Assembly (NCBI GenBank): GCA_964430885.1 | Contig: CAYSHM010000003.1 | Coordinates: forward strand, 64,001-128,000 | DNA: 64,000 bases | Reading direction: 5' to 3' | Origin: an uncultured archaeon | Lineage (GTDB): Archaea > Thermoplasmatota > Penumbrarchaeia > JASLWR01 | Shown here: one piece after another, positions 1 to 9,451 of the stretch | How the letters are laid out: each line of letters starts with the position of its first letter | How positions within the stretch are numbered: position 1 is the first letter of the stretch | Notes under the pieces: model-generated | Seen by the model: only the letters and a program-made list of their open reading frames with translations | What the model was told of the DNA's origin: nothing | Databases searched by the model: none | Made by a program: the position numbers and the translations under genes

Positions 1-618
1 AAGTGTTATTACCCAGAACCAAATGTAGGTTTCCCCTACAGGGATCCTTTTAAAACACTCATAGCCACTCTTCTTTCGGCACAATCTACGGATAAACAAA
101 CCGGACCCGCAGTGGAAAGTTTATTTGAACAATATCCGACCATTTCGGACATATCTTCGGCCGATATAAAGGATATTCAAGAGATAATAAGGTCCGTGGG
201 ACTTTTCAGGTCTAAAGCCAAATATGTAAAACTTACCGCTCAAAAACTAGTTGAAATTTTCAAATCGAGAGTCCCAGACACTATGGAGGAACTCACAGGT
301 CTTCCGGGTGTAGGAAGAAAGACTGCAAATTTAGTAATATCCAAGGCATTTTCTAAAAATGTTGGTATAGCAGTGGACACTCACGTATTCAGGATATCAA
401 GGAAGCTCGGCATAGCCAAGAGCTCTATCAGAGACAATGTTGAGAAAGAATTGATGTCCATATACCCCTCGGATGATTACTTGAACATCAACACATATTT
501 TATCAAACACGGCAGGAAGATTTGCACAGCAAGGAAACCAAAATGCGACATCTGTCCCCTGAACGAACTATGTGAATACTATAGTAAAAGTTCAAGCTGC
601 TCTTTCAGCACCTCGTAG
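1..618 (+). CDS. nth: Endonuclease III (HhH-GPD glycosylase/AP lyase), 5'-truncated by window edge
   Basis: Frame is open from base 1 (KCYYPEPNVGFPYRDPFKTLIATLLSAQSTD). HhH LPGVGRKTA, catalytic VDTHV, 4Fe-4S motif C-x6-C-x2-C-x5-C. Confidence 0.95.
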   Translation, partial: KCYYPEPNVGFPYRDPFKTLIATLLSAQSTDKQTGPAVESLFEQYPTISDISSADIKDIQEIIRSVGLFRSKAKYVKLTAQKLVEIFKSRVPDTMEELTGLPGVGRKTANLVISKAFSKNVGIAVDTHVFRISRKLGIAKSSIRDNVEKELMSIYPSDDYLNINTYFIKHGRKICTARKPKCDICPLNELCEYYSKSSSCSFSTS

Positions 619-1211
619 GAGGCCATACCTCCTCTGCCGCCATCATCCGTAGTGGTGAAATATCTGATAATGCCATCCTCATCAAGTATATATATGGTGG
701 GGATCAATCTCACATCATAAGTGCTTGCCACAGTTGAGGTTTTTGCTGCAAAACGCCAACTGGCTCCATGGGCCTCCTTTACATTCCCTCTAATCTGCTC
801 TGGGCTCTCAGCATCACTTACACCTAAAGATAGTATCCTGACATTGCGGTTATAATACTCTTCATTGATTCGTTTCAACTCCCCCATTTCCTGGTGACAG
901 GGACTGCAGTAATCAGCCATGAAATCCAATATTACTATCTTCCCCTTGTAGTCACTCAGTGAGAACAGTTTACCGTCAATATCTGTCACCGTGAAATCAG
1001 GAGCCCAAAGTCCAATGTCGATACCTACATTGATATTGTCATTTCCTGATGAATCCTTGTATCGGGAAGGTGTATCCTGATCTCTATCGCTTATGACGAA
1101 ATAGACCAAACTGAACAATAGACCAAAAATAACAACCACAAATATACCATCAAATAGGTATTTTTTCGGTTTTTTCGTTGAATTAGATGACCCCTTTTTA
1201 TCTTTGGTCAA
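579..1211 (-). CDS. Membrane-anchored TlpA/ResA-type thiol-disulfide oxidoreductase (redoxin)
   Basis: One TM helix, APDFTVTDIDGK, CSPC active site, IPT cis-Pro loop. TTG start at 1211 after GAGGG is preferred to the ORF-track start at 1325. Confidence 0.85.
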   Translation of the reverse strand: MTKDKKGSSNSTKKPKKYLFDGIFVVVIFGLLFSLVYFVISDRDQDTPSRYKDSSGNDNINVGIDIGLWAPDFTVTDIDGKLFSLSDYKGKIVILDFMADYCSPCHQEMGELKRINEEYYNRNVRILSLGVSDAESPEQIRGNVKEAHGASWRFAAKTSTVASTYDVRLIPTIYILDEDGIIRYFTTTDDGGRGGMASYEVLKEQLELLL

Positions 1212-1472
1212 TTCAATCCCTCTTGTAACGATAATAATAATAATATACCAACTAAACTGAAGGGTAAAGGAAATAATAGACCATAAAGATAGTCCTGATA
1301 ATATCCATTTCGGCAATAAAATCATGAATAGACTGCCGATTGTTTATACAATGATACCTCCAGGGAGACATATGCAATTCACTGATACATATCAAGCTGA
1401 TAGATGAATTGATTCTTCTAAGCATTATTTAACAAATGCCAGGGATTCGTTTCAAACTGCTTGCTCAATGGT

Positions 1473-2039
1473 TCAGCTGAAAACTGTTTCAAGCACAAAC
1501 TCAATCTCGATCTCACCTGGAATACACCCGAGTGATGAAGCGGTAATTATAGGGGTCAAGGTTTCTTCGACAGATTTAAGGGTGGTCTTGGCAACACCGT
1601 TCTTACACATTACATCCCTCTCAAAAAGAACGCCGCCTGTGGTCCTGAAGGTTATCATCCCATCAAAATGCGTCATAAGGGATCCGTTATGATCACGAAC
1701 GCTTGCGGTTATTGCACACTGGTCCTTTCCATTGGCGATGATCTCAGGTATTCCATTCCCATCCTTGTCCGCCGCATCGGTCTTGATCTGTATAAATGGT
1801 TTGGCCGGTTTCCTATCAATGGATTCAGGTTTCCCAGATTTATTGAAAATGAGATGATAGGCCCAGAGCTGATTCGCTATTGAAGCATCATTGGGAGTGA
1901 AGAAATAATTCACATCGGAGGGCGCGTTTTCAGGATATGAGCTCTGGAAAGTCGGTTCTTTTACCTTCCCCGAACTGTCGTTCATAAGCATTGATACGCC
2001 CACAATCTGTCGGGTATTCTTGTTGTAAAATATGATCAT
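1473..2039 (-). CDS. Hypothetical protein with C-terminal Big_1/invasin-type Ig domain; third gene of tail-like operon
   Basis: ANGKDQCAITASVRD..G...ITFRTTGG....NGVAKTTLKS resembles Big_1. GGAGG precedes ATG 2039. Confidence 0.6.
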   Translation of the reverse strand: MIIFYNKNTRQIVGVSMLMNDSSGKVKEPTFQSSYPENAPSDVNYFFTPNDASIANQLWAYHLIFNKSGKPESIDRKPAKPFIQIKTDAADKDGNGIPEIIANGKDQCAITASVRDHNGSLMTHFDGMITFRTTGGVLFERDVMCKNGVAKTTLKSVEETLTPIITASSLGCIPGEIEIEFVLETVFS

Positions 2040-2050
2040 TTTAATTCCTC

Positions 2051-2527
2051 CTAGGCTACCCCTATGGCAATCCAATTGACAATTCCGTTCTTCTCACCAT
2101 TTCGGGACTGAGCAAATATCCTGAAGCCTTGGGATGAAATATCATGTGGATAGCAAATGATATTAGTTTTTCCTTCTGGTTCATCAACAGTCCCGCTCAA
2201 GGATAACATAACATGCGGCTTAACATCCCAGTTCAATTCGACATATCCCCCGTGGGATGCGATACCCGACGAAAGCATGGTTGAAGATTTATCACCCAAT
2301 TCCTCCATGGCATAGATTATTCCCATTATATCGTCCTTTATCTCCTCCTGCATCTCGTTCCAATCCTCGGAAAGAATTATGTCTCCAGCTTCCTTTATTC
2401 GGGGTTCAAAGTCTGAATCGACCATCCCTGGACCTGTTTTCTTCTTTTTGGAAATGGTTGCTACTTCGATCTTCTTTTCCTTGTCACCGTCGGAAATTAC
2501 TATCTTAGGGGCTTTTTTCTTGGCCAA
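2051..2527 (-). CDS. Tail-fibre-like protein with C-terminal H-type-lectin/gp53-like domain
   Basis: KEAGDIILSEDWNEMQ motif. C-terminal KPHVMLS...ISSQGFRI...VNWIAIG pattern is typical of fibre-tip domains. AGGAGG precedes the TTG. Confidence 0.55.
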   Translation of the reverse strand: MAKKKAPKIVISDGDKEKKIEVATISKKKKTGPGMVDSDFEPRIKEAGDIILSEDWNEMQEEIKDDIMGIIYAMEELGDKSSTMLSSGIASHGGYVELNWDVKPHVMLSLSGTVDEPEGKTNIICYPHDISSQGFRIFAQSRNGEKNGIVNWIAIGVA

Positions 2528-2538
2528 TCACATTCCTC

Positions 2539-3303
2539 CTAGAAAGTTATCTTCCAAATTAATGAAAGAGTCAATTTATCAGTTTTATTAATCTCTGGAA
2601 AGACCACTCTGTTGTACATGGTTCCTTCCCTCTCAGCATTGAATATACCCGCTTCGGAAATGGGAGCATTGCAATCCTCATATCCGAAGGTCGCACCCAG
2701 CGTCAGAGTTGTATCACTCCCGCTTTCCAGGGATGTTCTGGAAAGGTTTACCGGTATGGAGGATACGATTCTTTTTGCATACACAAGCTTCGAATCGGCT
2801 TCCAGTACCTTCTCCACATATTCCTTGTTTCGGGAATTCAAACTCAATTTCTTGAACTCTTCCTCCACAAATCCTTCGTCCGTCTCACCGTAAACATAGA
2901 GGTCAAAAACTTTGTCCGAAGACTTCTTAACCTCTACTGAAATAAAATTCCCCTGCTCTCCAGATAACTTGGAAATTATCTTCAGAACGTCCTTTTTTGC
3001 AGCATCCTTCAATATGAGTGAAGCGCTTTCTTCTTCTTTCAGAAAGCTTTTATCGAAGGCCCGGCGGGGGGACATCTCTTTCTCAAGACCCTTGTCTGTG
3101 GACGAGGGGGTGGCTTTCCCGGTACCAACAGCCATATGGGACATGGGTTTATCTTCTTTACCGCTGAAAAGATCAGCAACATATTTCTTGCCTGATGACA
3201 CAATCAAATTCGGACTCTTGTACTCGTTAATTATATTACCGTCCTTATCACGCAGAATGATCGCTACATTGCCTTTCATATTCTGTTTCTCATCACATAC
3301 CAT
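2539..3303 (-). CDS. Phage/eCIS baseplate- or fibre-attachment-like protein with inserted sheath-like domain
   Basis: NLIVSSGKKYVADLF, SHMAVGTG..PSSTD..LEKE, N.PISEAGIFN, MYNRVVF..I.K....L...WKITF. ATG 3303 follows GGTGG; GTG 3312 is the alternative start. Confidence 0.65.
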   Translation of the reverse strand: MVCDEKQNMKGNVAIILRDKDGNIINEYKSPNLIVSSGKKYVADLFSGKEDKPMSHMAVGTGKATPSSTDKGLEKEMSPRRAFDKSFLKEEESASLILKDAAKKDVLKIISKLSGEQGNFISVEVKKSSDKVFDLYVYGETDEGFVEEEFKKLSLNSRNKEYVEKVLEADSKLVYAKRIVSSIPVNLSRTSLESGSDTTLTLGATFGYEDCNAPISEAGIFNAEREGTMYNRVVFPEINKTDKLTLSLIWKITF

Positions 3304-3660
3304 GGGGTCCACCTTGAAAATGATTCTATAATGCTATATTGATCCTAACACCAAACTTAAACCGTCATTATTTCTGACCAATATTCCATACTTTCTTCAT
3401 TCAATTCAGAGCCTGGGAAATTCATTCATCAAACCTATAATATATATAAAATCCAGACCCGGATAATAACTACACCGACTAGTGAATTAGTATATATGAT
3501 TTATCCTCTTTATGGTTACTTTTTAATAGAGGTACTCCGAAAAACATGATAAACAGAGGAATATAAATCTCATATGACCATTTTTAAAAAACTAGACCAT
3601 AACACCTAAAATACCTCATTGTTGACCCTATTTTATGGATCCTCATACGTCATTTTGTTT

Positions 3661-4185
3661 TCATCGAATATTGATTAAACATTTGATCCTTTCTGGCCCG
3701 TCAACAGATATAATTACTTCAGCGGTATCGGAAGGAACCATATTCATCCATTCTTCAGAAACACCCATCATTTTTCTGATTATTTCACCTTTATACTGTC
3801 CTCTTGAATAAAGATCAGGAGAATATATTGAATAATCCCTACGATGGAATAGGGTTCGGGTCAATTCTGAATTTGTAACCACAACATCGAAAGGAGGAAC
3901 GAGGTCTTCAATATGCGATACCCAGACATTATATCGGTTAATATCATCCACGCCTGTTAAAAAAATCTTGGATTGCCATTTCTCCGGCAATGATCGTTTG
4001 ATCATAAGCATCCTTTCTCCGCATGTAAAGGGATTCTTGGGTGTGAAACTTTGCCTGGAAGATCCTATGCAAATTATTAGATATTGGACATCATGAATTA
4101 TCTCTTGGATTATGGAAAAATGCCCTTTATGGAATGGTTGGAATCGGCCTATGAGCAATGCCCTCTTTCCTGCTACTTTTGTCAC
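3661..4185 (-). CDS. nadM: Nicotinamide-nucleotide adenylyltransferase (archaeal NadM)
   Basis: GRFQPFHKGH, IGSS, NPFTCGER. Confidence 0.92.
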   Translation of the reverse strand: MTKVAGKRALLIGRFQPFHKGHFSIIQEIIHDVQYLIICIGSSRQSFTPKNPFTCGERMLMIKRSLPEKWQSKIFLTGVDDINRYNVWVSHIEDLVPPFDVVVTNSELTRTLFHRRDYSIYSPDLYSRGQYKGEIIRKMMGVSEEWMNMVPSDTAEVIISVDGPERIKCLINIR

Positions 4186-4236
4186 CTGTTATCCCTCTAT
4201 TTGACCCACGGTTACTTTCGAATAGCTTTAATGATC

Positions 4237-5880
4237 CTAAATATATATTGTCCCTGATGTCTTGCATACCGGGCAGGATATTTGCTGTCTATCCATGGAT
4301 TTTTTTCCTTCTCTATCGTCCTTTATTACAATATCCACTATAAGAATCTCTTTGCAGTTTCCACATACCAGAGTCCTGTTCATCCCAGATTTATTTTCCT
4401 TTGGCTCTTTTCTTTTCAGTTCCTTTGAAAATTTCCTCATAGGCGCTTTTACAATGGGCAGTACTTTTTTCCACATGGGTTCTCCGAGGGAGATTGGCCG
4501 ATACGGCTGAACAACCAAGGGAAAATCCTCTTCTGATTCTTCGGTTATACCTTCCTTCTCTCTTTTTGTCTTGATATTGATGAAGCTCACATAACGGCCC
4601 GGGGTAGATGGTTTTCCTGAAGGAGTGTGTCTTTTTCTAGAGATGACAACAGATATTATCAATGATATTATCAGAATGGAAACCACAATGATTACCAATA
4701 GAATTATAATAAGCGTTATGAGGTCTAAACCCAGAAACCAATCCTTCATTGGATTGCGTTCTTCAGGTGCTGAAATCCCTTCGGAAATGGTTAAATTCAG
4801 AATAGCCGTGCTGGCAGACCCTATCTCATCCTCCACGATCAGTTTAATCCTGTATTTCGCTGGATAATCATACTTGAATGTCGGCGTTTCAACCTCTGAG
4901 TCTATCTTATTATCCCCGTCCAGATCCCATTTATAGCTCAGTACATCCTTTGGGTCCAGATCATAGGTCCCTCGGCAGGTAAAGAAAATAACCTCATCAA
5001 CATAATAGTTGCCCATCATGGGGTCTATTATTGCCACTGGAGGATGATTAGGTATTTCGATCATTATCTTTTTTGGAAATACGTTATAATTAACATTGCC
5101 TGCAATATCCATTGGAGCTATGGACAGATACCGTATATCACCTTCCTCCATTGAGAACAGCAGCAGTACGGGTGACCCCTCGATGGGTTCATCCGTATAA
5201 GGGGTTTCATCGCTGACATCGAATACCTCTGTTTTAGTGATAAAAATATAATAACCAACTGCTTCAGGAACCTCTGTAAATGAAACATCCATATCCTCAT
5301 CGCCTTCATAGTAGGTTGTGATATTGAACGGTGATTCAGGGGGTAGAATGTCATAGTCCCCGACTATGGTGTAAGTCCTGTTAAAGGAAACCTCCATTGA
5401 TCCCATATCTATGAGCAATGTGGCATTTTCAAAATCCAATTGGCCTCCTTCCATCTCCACTGGTATTCCTTGGATAACCTCTGCAAATCCCAAAGTATCA
5501 AGATCGAATTCGGCTACTATTTTTTCGCTCTCATATTCAAAGGTATAGCTCATGGTTATATTTAGATAATCCTCTGTGGTCGAGGATATGTTGAAGAAAA
5601 ATCCCAGGGTATTATCGTCAAATGAACCCCCAGTATCAAGAGGAGAAGGGACCTCTTCAATTTTAAGAGCACTCTGTGAAGAACCATTGAAAAAAATATC
5701 AATAACAAAATCCTCACCTATCCAAGTGACCACATTCTCCAATGGAACGCTTCGTCTAGAATCGAAGGCGGTATAGCATTGACAGTGCGGACCTGTATAA
5801 GTTAAGCATAAAGAGATAAGAATTAAAAATGTGATTAAGCCCCGCGGTACAATTTGCCCCTGATAAATATTTAAGTACAC
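4237..5880 (-). CDS. Secreted single-pass membrane protein with PKD domain and cytoplasmic zinc ribbon
   Basis: Signal peptide, NHPPVA...YKWDLDGD PKD domain, long TM, C-terminal CGNC...CPVC. Confidence 0.75.
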   Translation of the reverse strand: MYLNIYQGQIVPRGLITFLILISLCLTYTGPHCQCYTAFDSRRSVPLENVVTWIGEDFVIDIFFNGSSQSALKIEEVPSPLDTGGSFDDNTLGFFFNISSTTEDYLNITMSYTFEYESEKIVAEFDLDTLGFAEVIQGIPVEMEGGQLDFENATLLIDMGSMEVSFNRTYTIVGDYDILPPESPFNITTYYEGDEDMDVSFTEVPEAVGYYIFITKTEVFDVSDETPYTDEPIEGSPVLLLFSMEEGDIRYLSIAPMDIAGNVNYNVFPKKIMIEIPNHPPVAIIDPMMGNYYVDEVIFFTCRGTYDLDPKDVLSYKWDLDGDNKIDSEVETPTFKYDYPAKYRIKLIVEDEIGSASTAILNLTISEGISAPEERNPMKDWFLGLDLITLIIILLVIIVVSILIISLIISVVISRKRHTPSGKPSTPGRYVSFINIKTKREKEGITEESEEDFPLVVQPYRPISLGEPMWKKVLPIVKAPMRKFSKELKRKEPKENKSGMNRTLVCGNCKEILIVDIVIKDDREGKKSMDRQQISCPVCKTSGTIYI

Positions 5881-5984
5881 TGGAACTACCTCTTATTGAA
5901 TTAGCATCATTTCCAATAGGAATTCGCGAAGTTATTCCTACTGCGTCATATATCCCCTGAATCTCCGAAATGGTCATCTGCTCT

Positions 5985-8900
5985 TTATGAATATCTTCCG
6001 CCGGACCATCCATCGTCAGAATCCTCATCGTCCCAGGAATCCCCATCCTCCCACTCGTCCGATTCTAAATCATCGTATTTGCCATATCTTTCATAGTCCT
6101 TGTCTTCAATATCTTCCATTTCTTTATATGACGGTTTGTAAAAATCATCCGAAGCCCCGCCACCATAAGTCCTCCTATCGGATTCCTGACGTTTCTTCTG
6201 CCTTCCTATAATATCCTCTTTTTCCGATATGCGGTCCTCAACCTCCACCAAACGATCCCTCAACTCGCCGAGCTTATTCCTATATGTATGCTTCAGCCTA
6301 TTATATCTCGCCTGGGATATATATTCATCATCGTAATCCCATTCAACCTGGTCAAGCTTCCCCTTGACCCTGTCAATATCCTGCAGTATCTCCTCTCTTT
6401 CCTCTTCAAGCATTACCAGTTCATCCGCAATCTTTCTCTTCAGTTTTGATCTCTTCACTTCCATGAAGAACCACAATATCAGGAGAATTGCAACACCTAT
6501 TACCAGAAATGCTATTGAAGAGATGTAAATCGACTCCAAATCTTTCTCTGATTCTGTCAGGTCATCATCCCCGTCATCGTTATCATCATCGGAGCCGTTA
6601 TTGTCTGGAACATTAACCTTGGAGATGTTTAGAATAATTGTCCTAGTATCCCTGGAACCATCCTTGTCCTTCACCGTCAATTGAACCTGGAATTTTCCGG
6701 ATTTCGAATAAGAATGGTTCAATTGCATGCCAACATCGCCGTTCCCATCTCCGAAATCCCATTCATATATCAATTGGGAATTGTACTCCCCTGGTTTCAG
6801 GTCGGGATCAAAGCTTCCTTCTGCCGAGAAATTGATTAAATCGCCGACCTTGAATTCGGACTGGGCAGGCTGGGTCAGAACCGCGATACAATTCCGGTTG
6901 ATATTGCCCACATCAAAGTTCCAGGTATGCGAAACCAAATCTTTTCCGTCTGACGCCCTAACCATGATGGTATGGTCTCCGCTGGAATTATAATCTGCTT
7001 TGTAAATGTAATTATTTGTTGTAATGTTCTGCTCCAGGCCATCCCGGAACCATGTGTATTCCAGCACGTCCCCGTCCTCATCCTCGCAGGTCAGCACAAA
7101 TTCCCAGCTCTCATTCTCATTCATACTGATCATCGATGCCGGGGAAACATCAACTATCACAGGTGGCTGATTTACGTTGACCACGCTTATGTTCCATTCA
7201 ATGCTGTTTTTGGTAAAATGACCCAAAGTAGCTTCATCGATGACGATGCACCTCACCTTGAATGGTGAATTTATACTGGACATTTCACCCGTATATTCTG
7301 TTGAAAAGGTATAATCCATCATACTAATGTTTCTCTGGACAAGTTCATAATTACCTCCATTTTCAAGATACCAGCTTGTGTTATATTCCGAGAACGGGGT
7401 TTGATTGAGCTCAATGAACAATAACTGGCTTTCACCTTCGTTGAGAGTAATGTTCTCTTCGTCAGGTCCGTATCTTATTATTTCAGGAACTGGTCTTGGC
7501 AGAATATCATATTCCACCACAACATTGTTGTTTGTTTCGAAAGTCTCATTGATCAATTCTTCGGGATCAAGTGTGAAGTTGAAATGATGCAGTCCCAAAG
7601 GTGGAACTGATTCGAACTGGAACTCGCAAATTGCTGTGGACATCGGGCAAAGGGTCACATTCTTGATTTGCGTTACTTGGATCTCTTCATGGACCGCAGA
7701 TACCCTGGCATTTTCCAAAAATGTCAATGAAGGGTTGTTGAGCTCAACGGTAATATTGAATGGAGAGTTCAATGCCGCCCCGGATCCTGGTGAAAAAGAG
7801 ACATTCTCATCAAATATCCTTATGTCAGGTCTTGCCACTGTCAGAGTTTTGATCTCATACAACTCGAAATCGTTAACCATCACTATAACGCCGTGGGACC
7901 CAATATCACATTCACATGGCGTCTCGTCACTTGTCCCTCCAATGAATATTCTCTGATCAAAGCTTCCATTACTGATAGGAATTTCTTCGGACATGTTGAG
8001 TTTCGGAATAATAACAGTGACGGCATCGGATTCAACTCCCATCATGCTTCCTGCTAGGTCCCAGGAACTCTCAGGTGGAATACCAAATGGCATATCCTGA
8101 GTGATATCGTCCCCCAAGGAAAAATCACCTACATCATATGATGTCAGTTCTATACTGCCTTCATCTATACCGATTACAAGATCGGGCAGTTCCAGATAAT
8201 TGCCAGAATTAACTTCGGTGAAGACCACATTCCTAGCATCACCAGAGTAATAACGGACCTGTTCCCCATTCTCAAAATCCAATGAGTAGGTATTAAAATA
8301 TTCTCCTGCGGTATCCTGGACCTCTGTGCCGACGCAGCTTACGGAATTTGATAATAATTGGTTGGTAGTGTTCGTGAAATTCTCACCTGCTATATCTCCT
8401 GACATGTCGGCTTCACGGGTATAGGTCTGATTCCATTCCTCCCCAACTATAAGCGGAAAATCATAATCCTCCAGAGACGCGTCAAAGGTTACATTCTGGG
8501 TCATGTTATAGGTCAATTCGAAATTATCAAAAAAGGAGGTGACGTTGATTATTCCGTTATGAGATTCGGTAATTTTATAGAGCGAAAGATCATCAACACA
8601 CCAGTACTCCATCCCTGAATTATCAGCCACTACTTGAGCGCTCATTAGAGCCCCAGTCATGAAAATATCATAGGTGCCTGTGAAGTTCACCCTGTAGCAA
8701 ATATTATTCCAAGTTCCCATATCAATTGTTTCGATTCCGACAACCGTGTAATCCATATTTCCTGTCAGCGTCCCAGTCAAACTAATGGGATTCCCTTCAT
8801 AATAATAGGTGCCAGTTATATCCATGTCAGTATAATAGCTCCAAGTATCATTAAACAGTAAAGTAGGTACGTCCAGGTAATCAGGCATGCAATCGGCCCT

Positions 8901-9068
8901 GGAATCCGATTCCGAATTTGATGTTGACTTCGGACCCTGGGAGATGGGATGTATTACTGCTGGAACCAATTTATCCAAGTTGATCATAATACTACTCAAT
9001 GAAAGGAAGGATAGGCCGAAAACCATCATCATTGAGAATATAACCGATAGGAGCTTACTCGTTTTCAT
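5985..9068 (-). CDS. Large surface protein (beta-rich domain, CARDB, Ig, PKD) with TM, coiled coil and acidic tail
   Basis: Signal peptide, DPEELINETFETNN (CARDB), YEWDFGDG (PKD), TM, heptad-rich cytoplasmic region. Confidence 0.8.
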   Translation of the reverse strand: MKTSKLLSVIFSMMMVFGLSFLSLSSIMINLDKLVPAVIHPISQGPKSTSNSESDSRADCMPDYLDVPTLLFNDTWSYYTDMDITGTYYYEGNPISLTGTLTGNMDYTVVGIETIDMGTWNNICYRVNFTGTYDIFMTGALMSAQVVADNSGMEYWCVDDLSLYKITESHNGIINVTSFFDNFELTYNMTQNVTFDASLEDYDFPLIVGEEWNQTYTREADMSGDIAGENFTNTTNQLLSNSVSCVGTEVQDTAGEYFNTYSLDFENGEQVRYYSGDARNVVFTEVNSGNYLELPDLVIGIDEGSIELTSYDVGDFSLGDDITQDMPFGIPPESSWDLAGSMMGVESDAVTVIIPKLNMSEEIPISNGSFDQRIFIGGTSDETPCECDIGSHGVIVMVNDFELYEIKTLTVARPDIRIFDENVSFSPGSGAALNSPFNITVELNNPSLTFLENARVSAVHEEIQVTQIKNVTLCPMSTAICEFQFESVPPLGLHHFNFTLDPEELINETFETNNNVVVEYDILPRPVPEIIRYGPDEENITLNEGESQLLFIELNQTPFSEYNTSWYLENGGNYELVQRNISMMDYTFSTEYTGEMSSINSPFKVRCIVIDEATLGHFTKNSIEWNISVVNVNQPPVIVDVSPASMISMNENESWEFVLTCEDEDGDVLEYTWFRDGLEQNITTNNYIYKADYNSSGDHTIMVRASDGKDLVSHTWNFDVGNINRNCIAVLTQPAQSEFKVGDLINFSAEGSFDPDLKPGEYNSQLIYEWDFGDGNGDVGMQLNHSYSKSGKFQVQLTVKDKDGSRDTRTIILNISKVNVPDNNGSDDDNDDGDDDLTESEKDLESIYISSIAFLVIGVAILLILWFFMEVKRSKLKRKIADELVMLEEEREEILQDIDRVKGKLDQVEWDYDDEYISQARYNRLKHTYRNKLGELRDRLVEVEDRISEKEDIIGRQKKRQESDRRTYGGGASDDFYKPSYKEMEDIEDKDYERYGKYDDLESDEWEDGDSWDDEDSDDGWSGGRYS

Positions 9069-9451
9069 TTATCTTCACCCTGACCTCAGCATTTAAAAAT
9101 GCCATGACAATCAATATTTTCAGATTAAATAAACAATGGAAATTGGTTCTATACAAATGGAGTTGACTCTATATATATCCTTCACATTTGTTTTCCGACG
9201 AAAAATCTAAGGTATAGATCTTTCTTCGAATCTACTATCATCTTTTACTGTATTTTGATAGATCTAGAATGAGATTGATGCAGTCCTTTTTGATGCTGTT
9301 TTTTACTTAGCTAACTAAATATTATGCATGAAAATATTAAATAAGGACCAAGCCTTACTATAGTAATATTGAAACATTTGGTCATCAACATTCAATGGTA
9401 AGGTCATATTATCAATGGAAAACTGATACTAATCAAATGGAGGATATGCGG

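Noticed and set aside
1212-1325. ORF-track N-terminal extensions (also 55883-55984, 9395-9451, 35729-35767)
   Set aside because: These run through AT-rich promoter DNA. Downstream starts have SD motifs or restore proper signal peptides.
1473-3303. Complete provirus
   Set aside because: Only three tail-like genes are present. There are no capsid, packaging, replication or integration genes, and the flanks are housekeeping.
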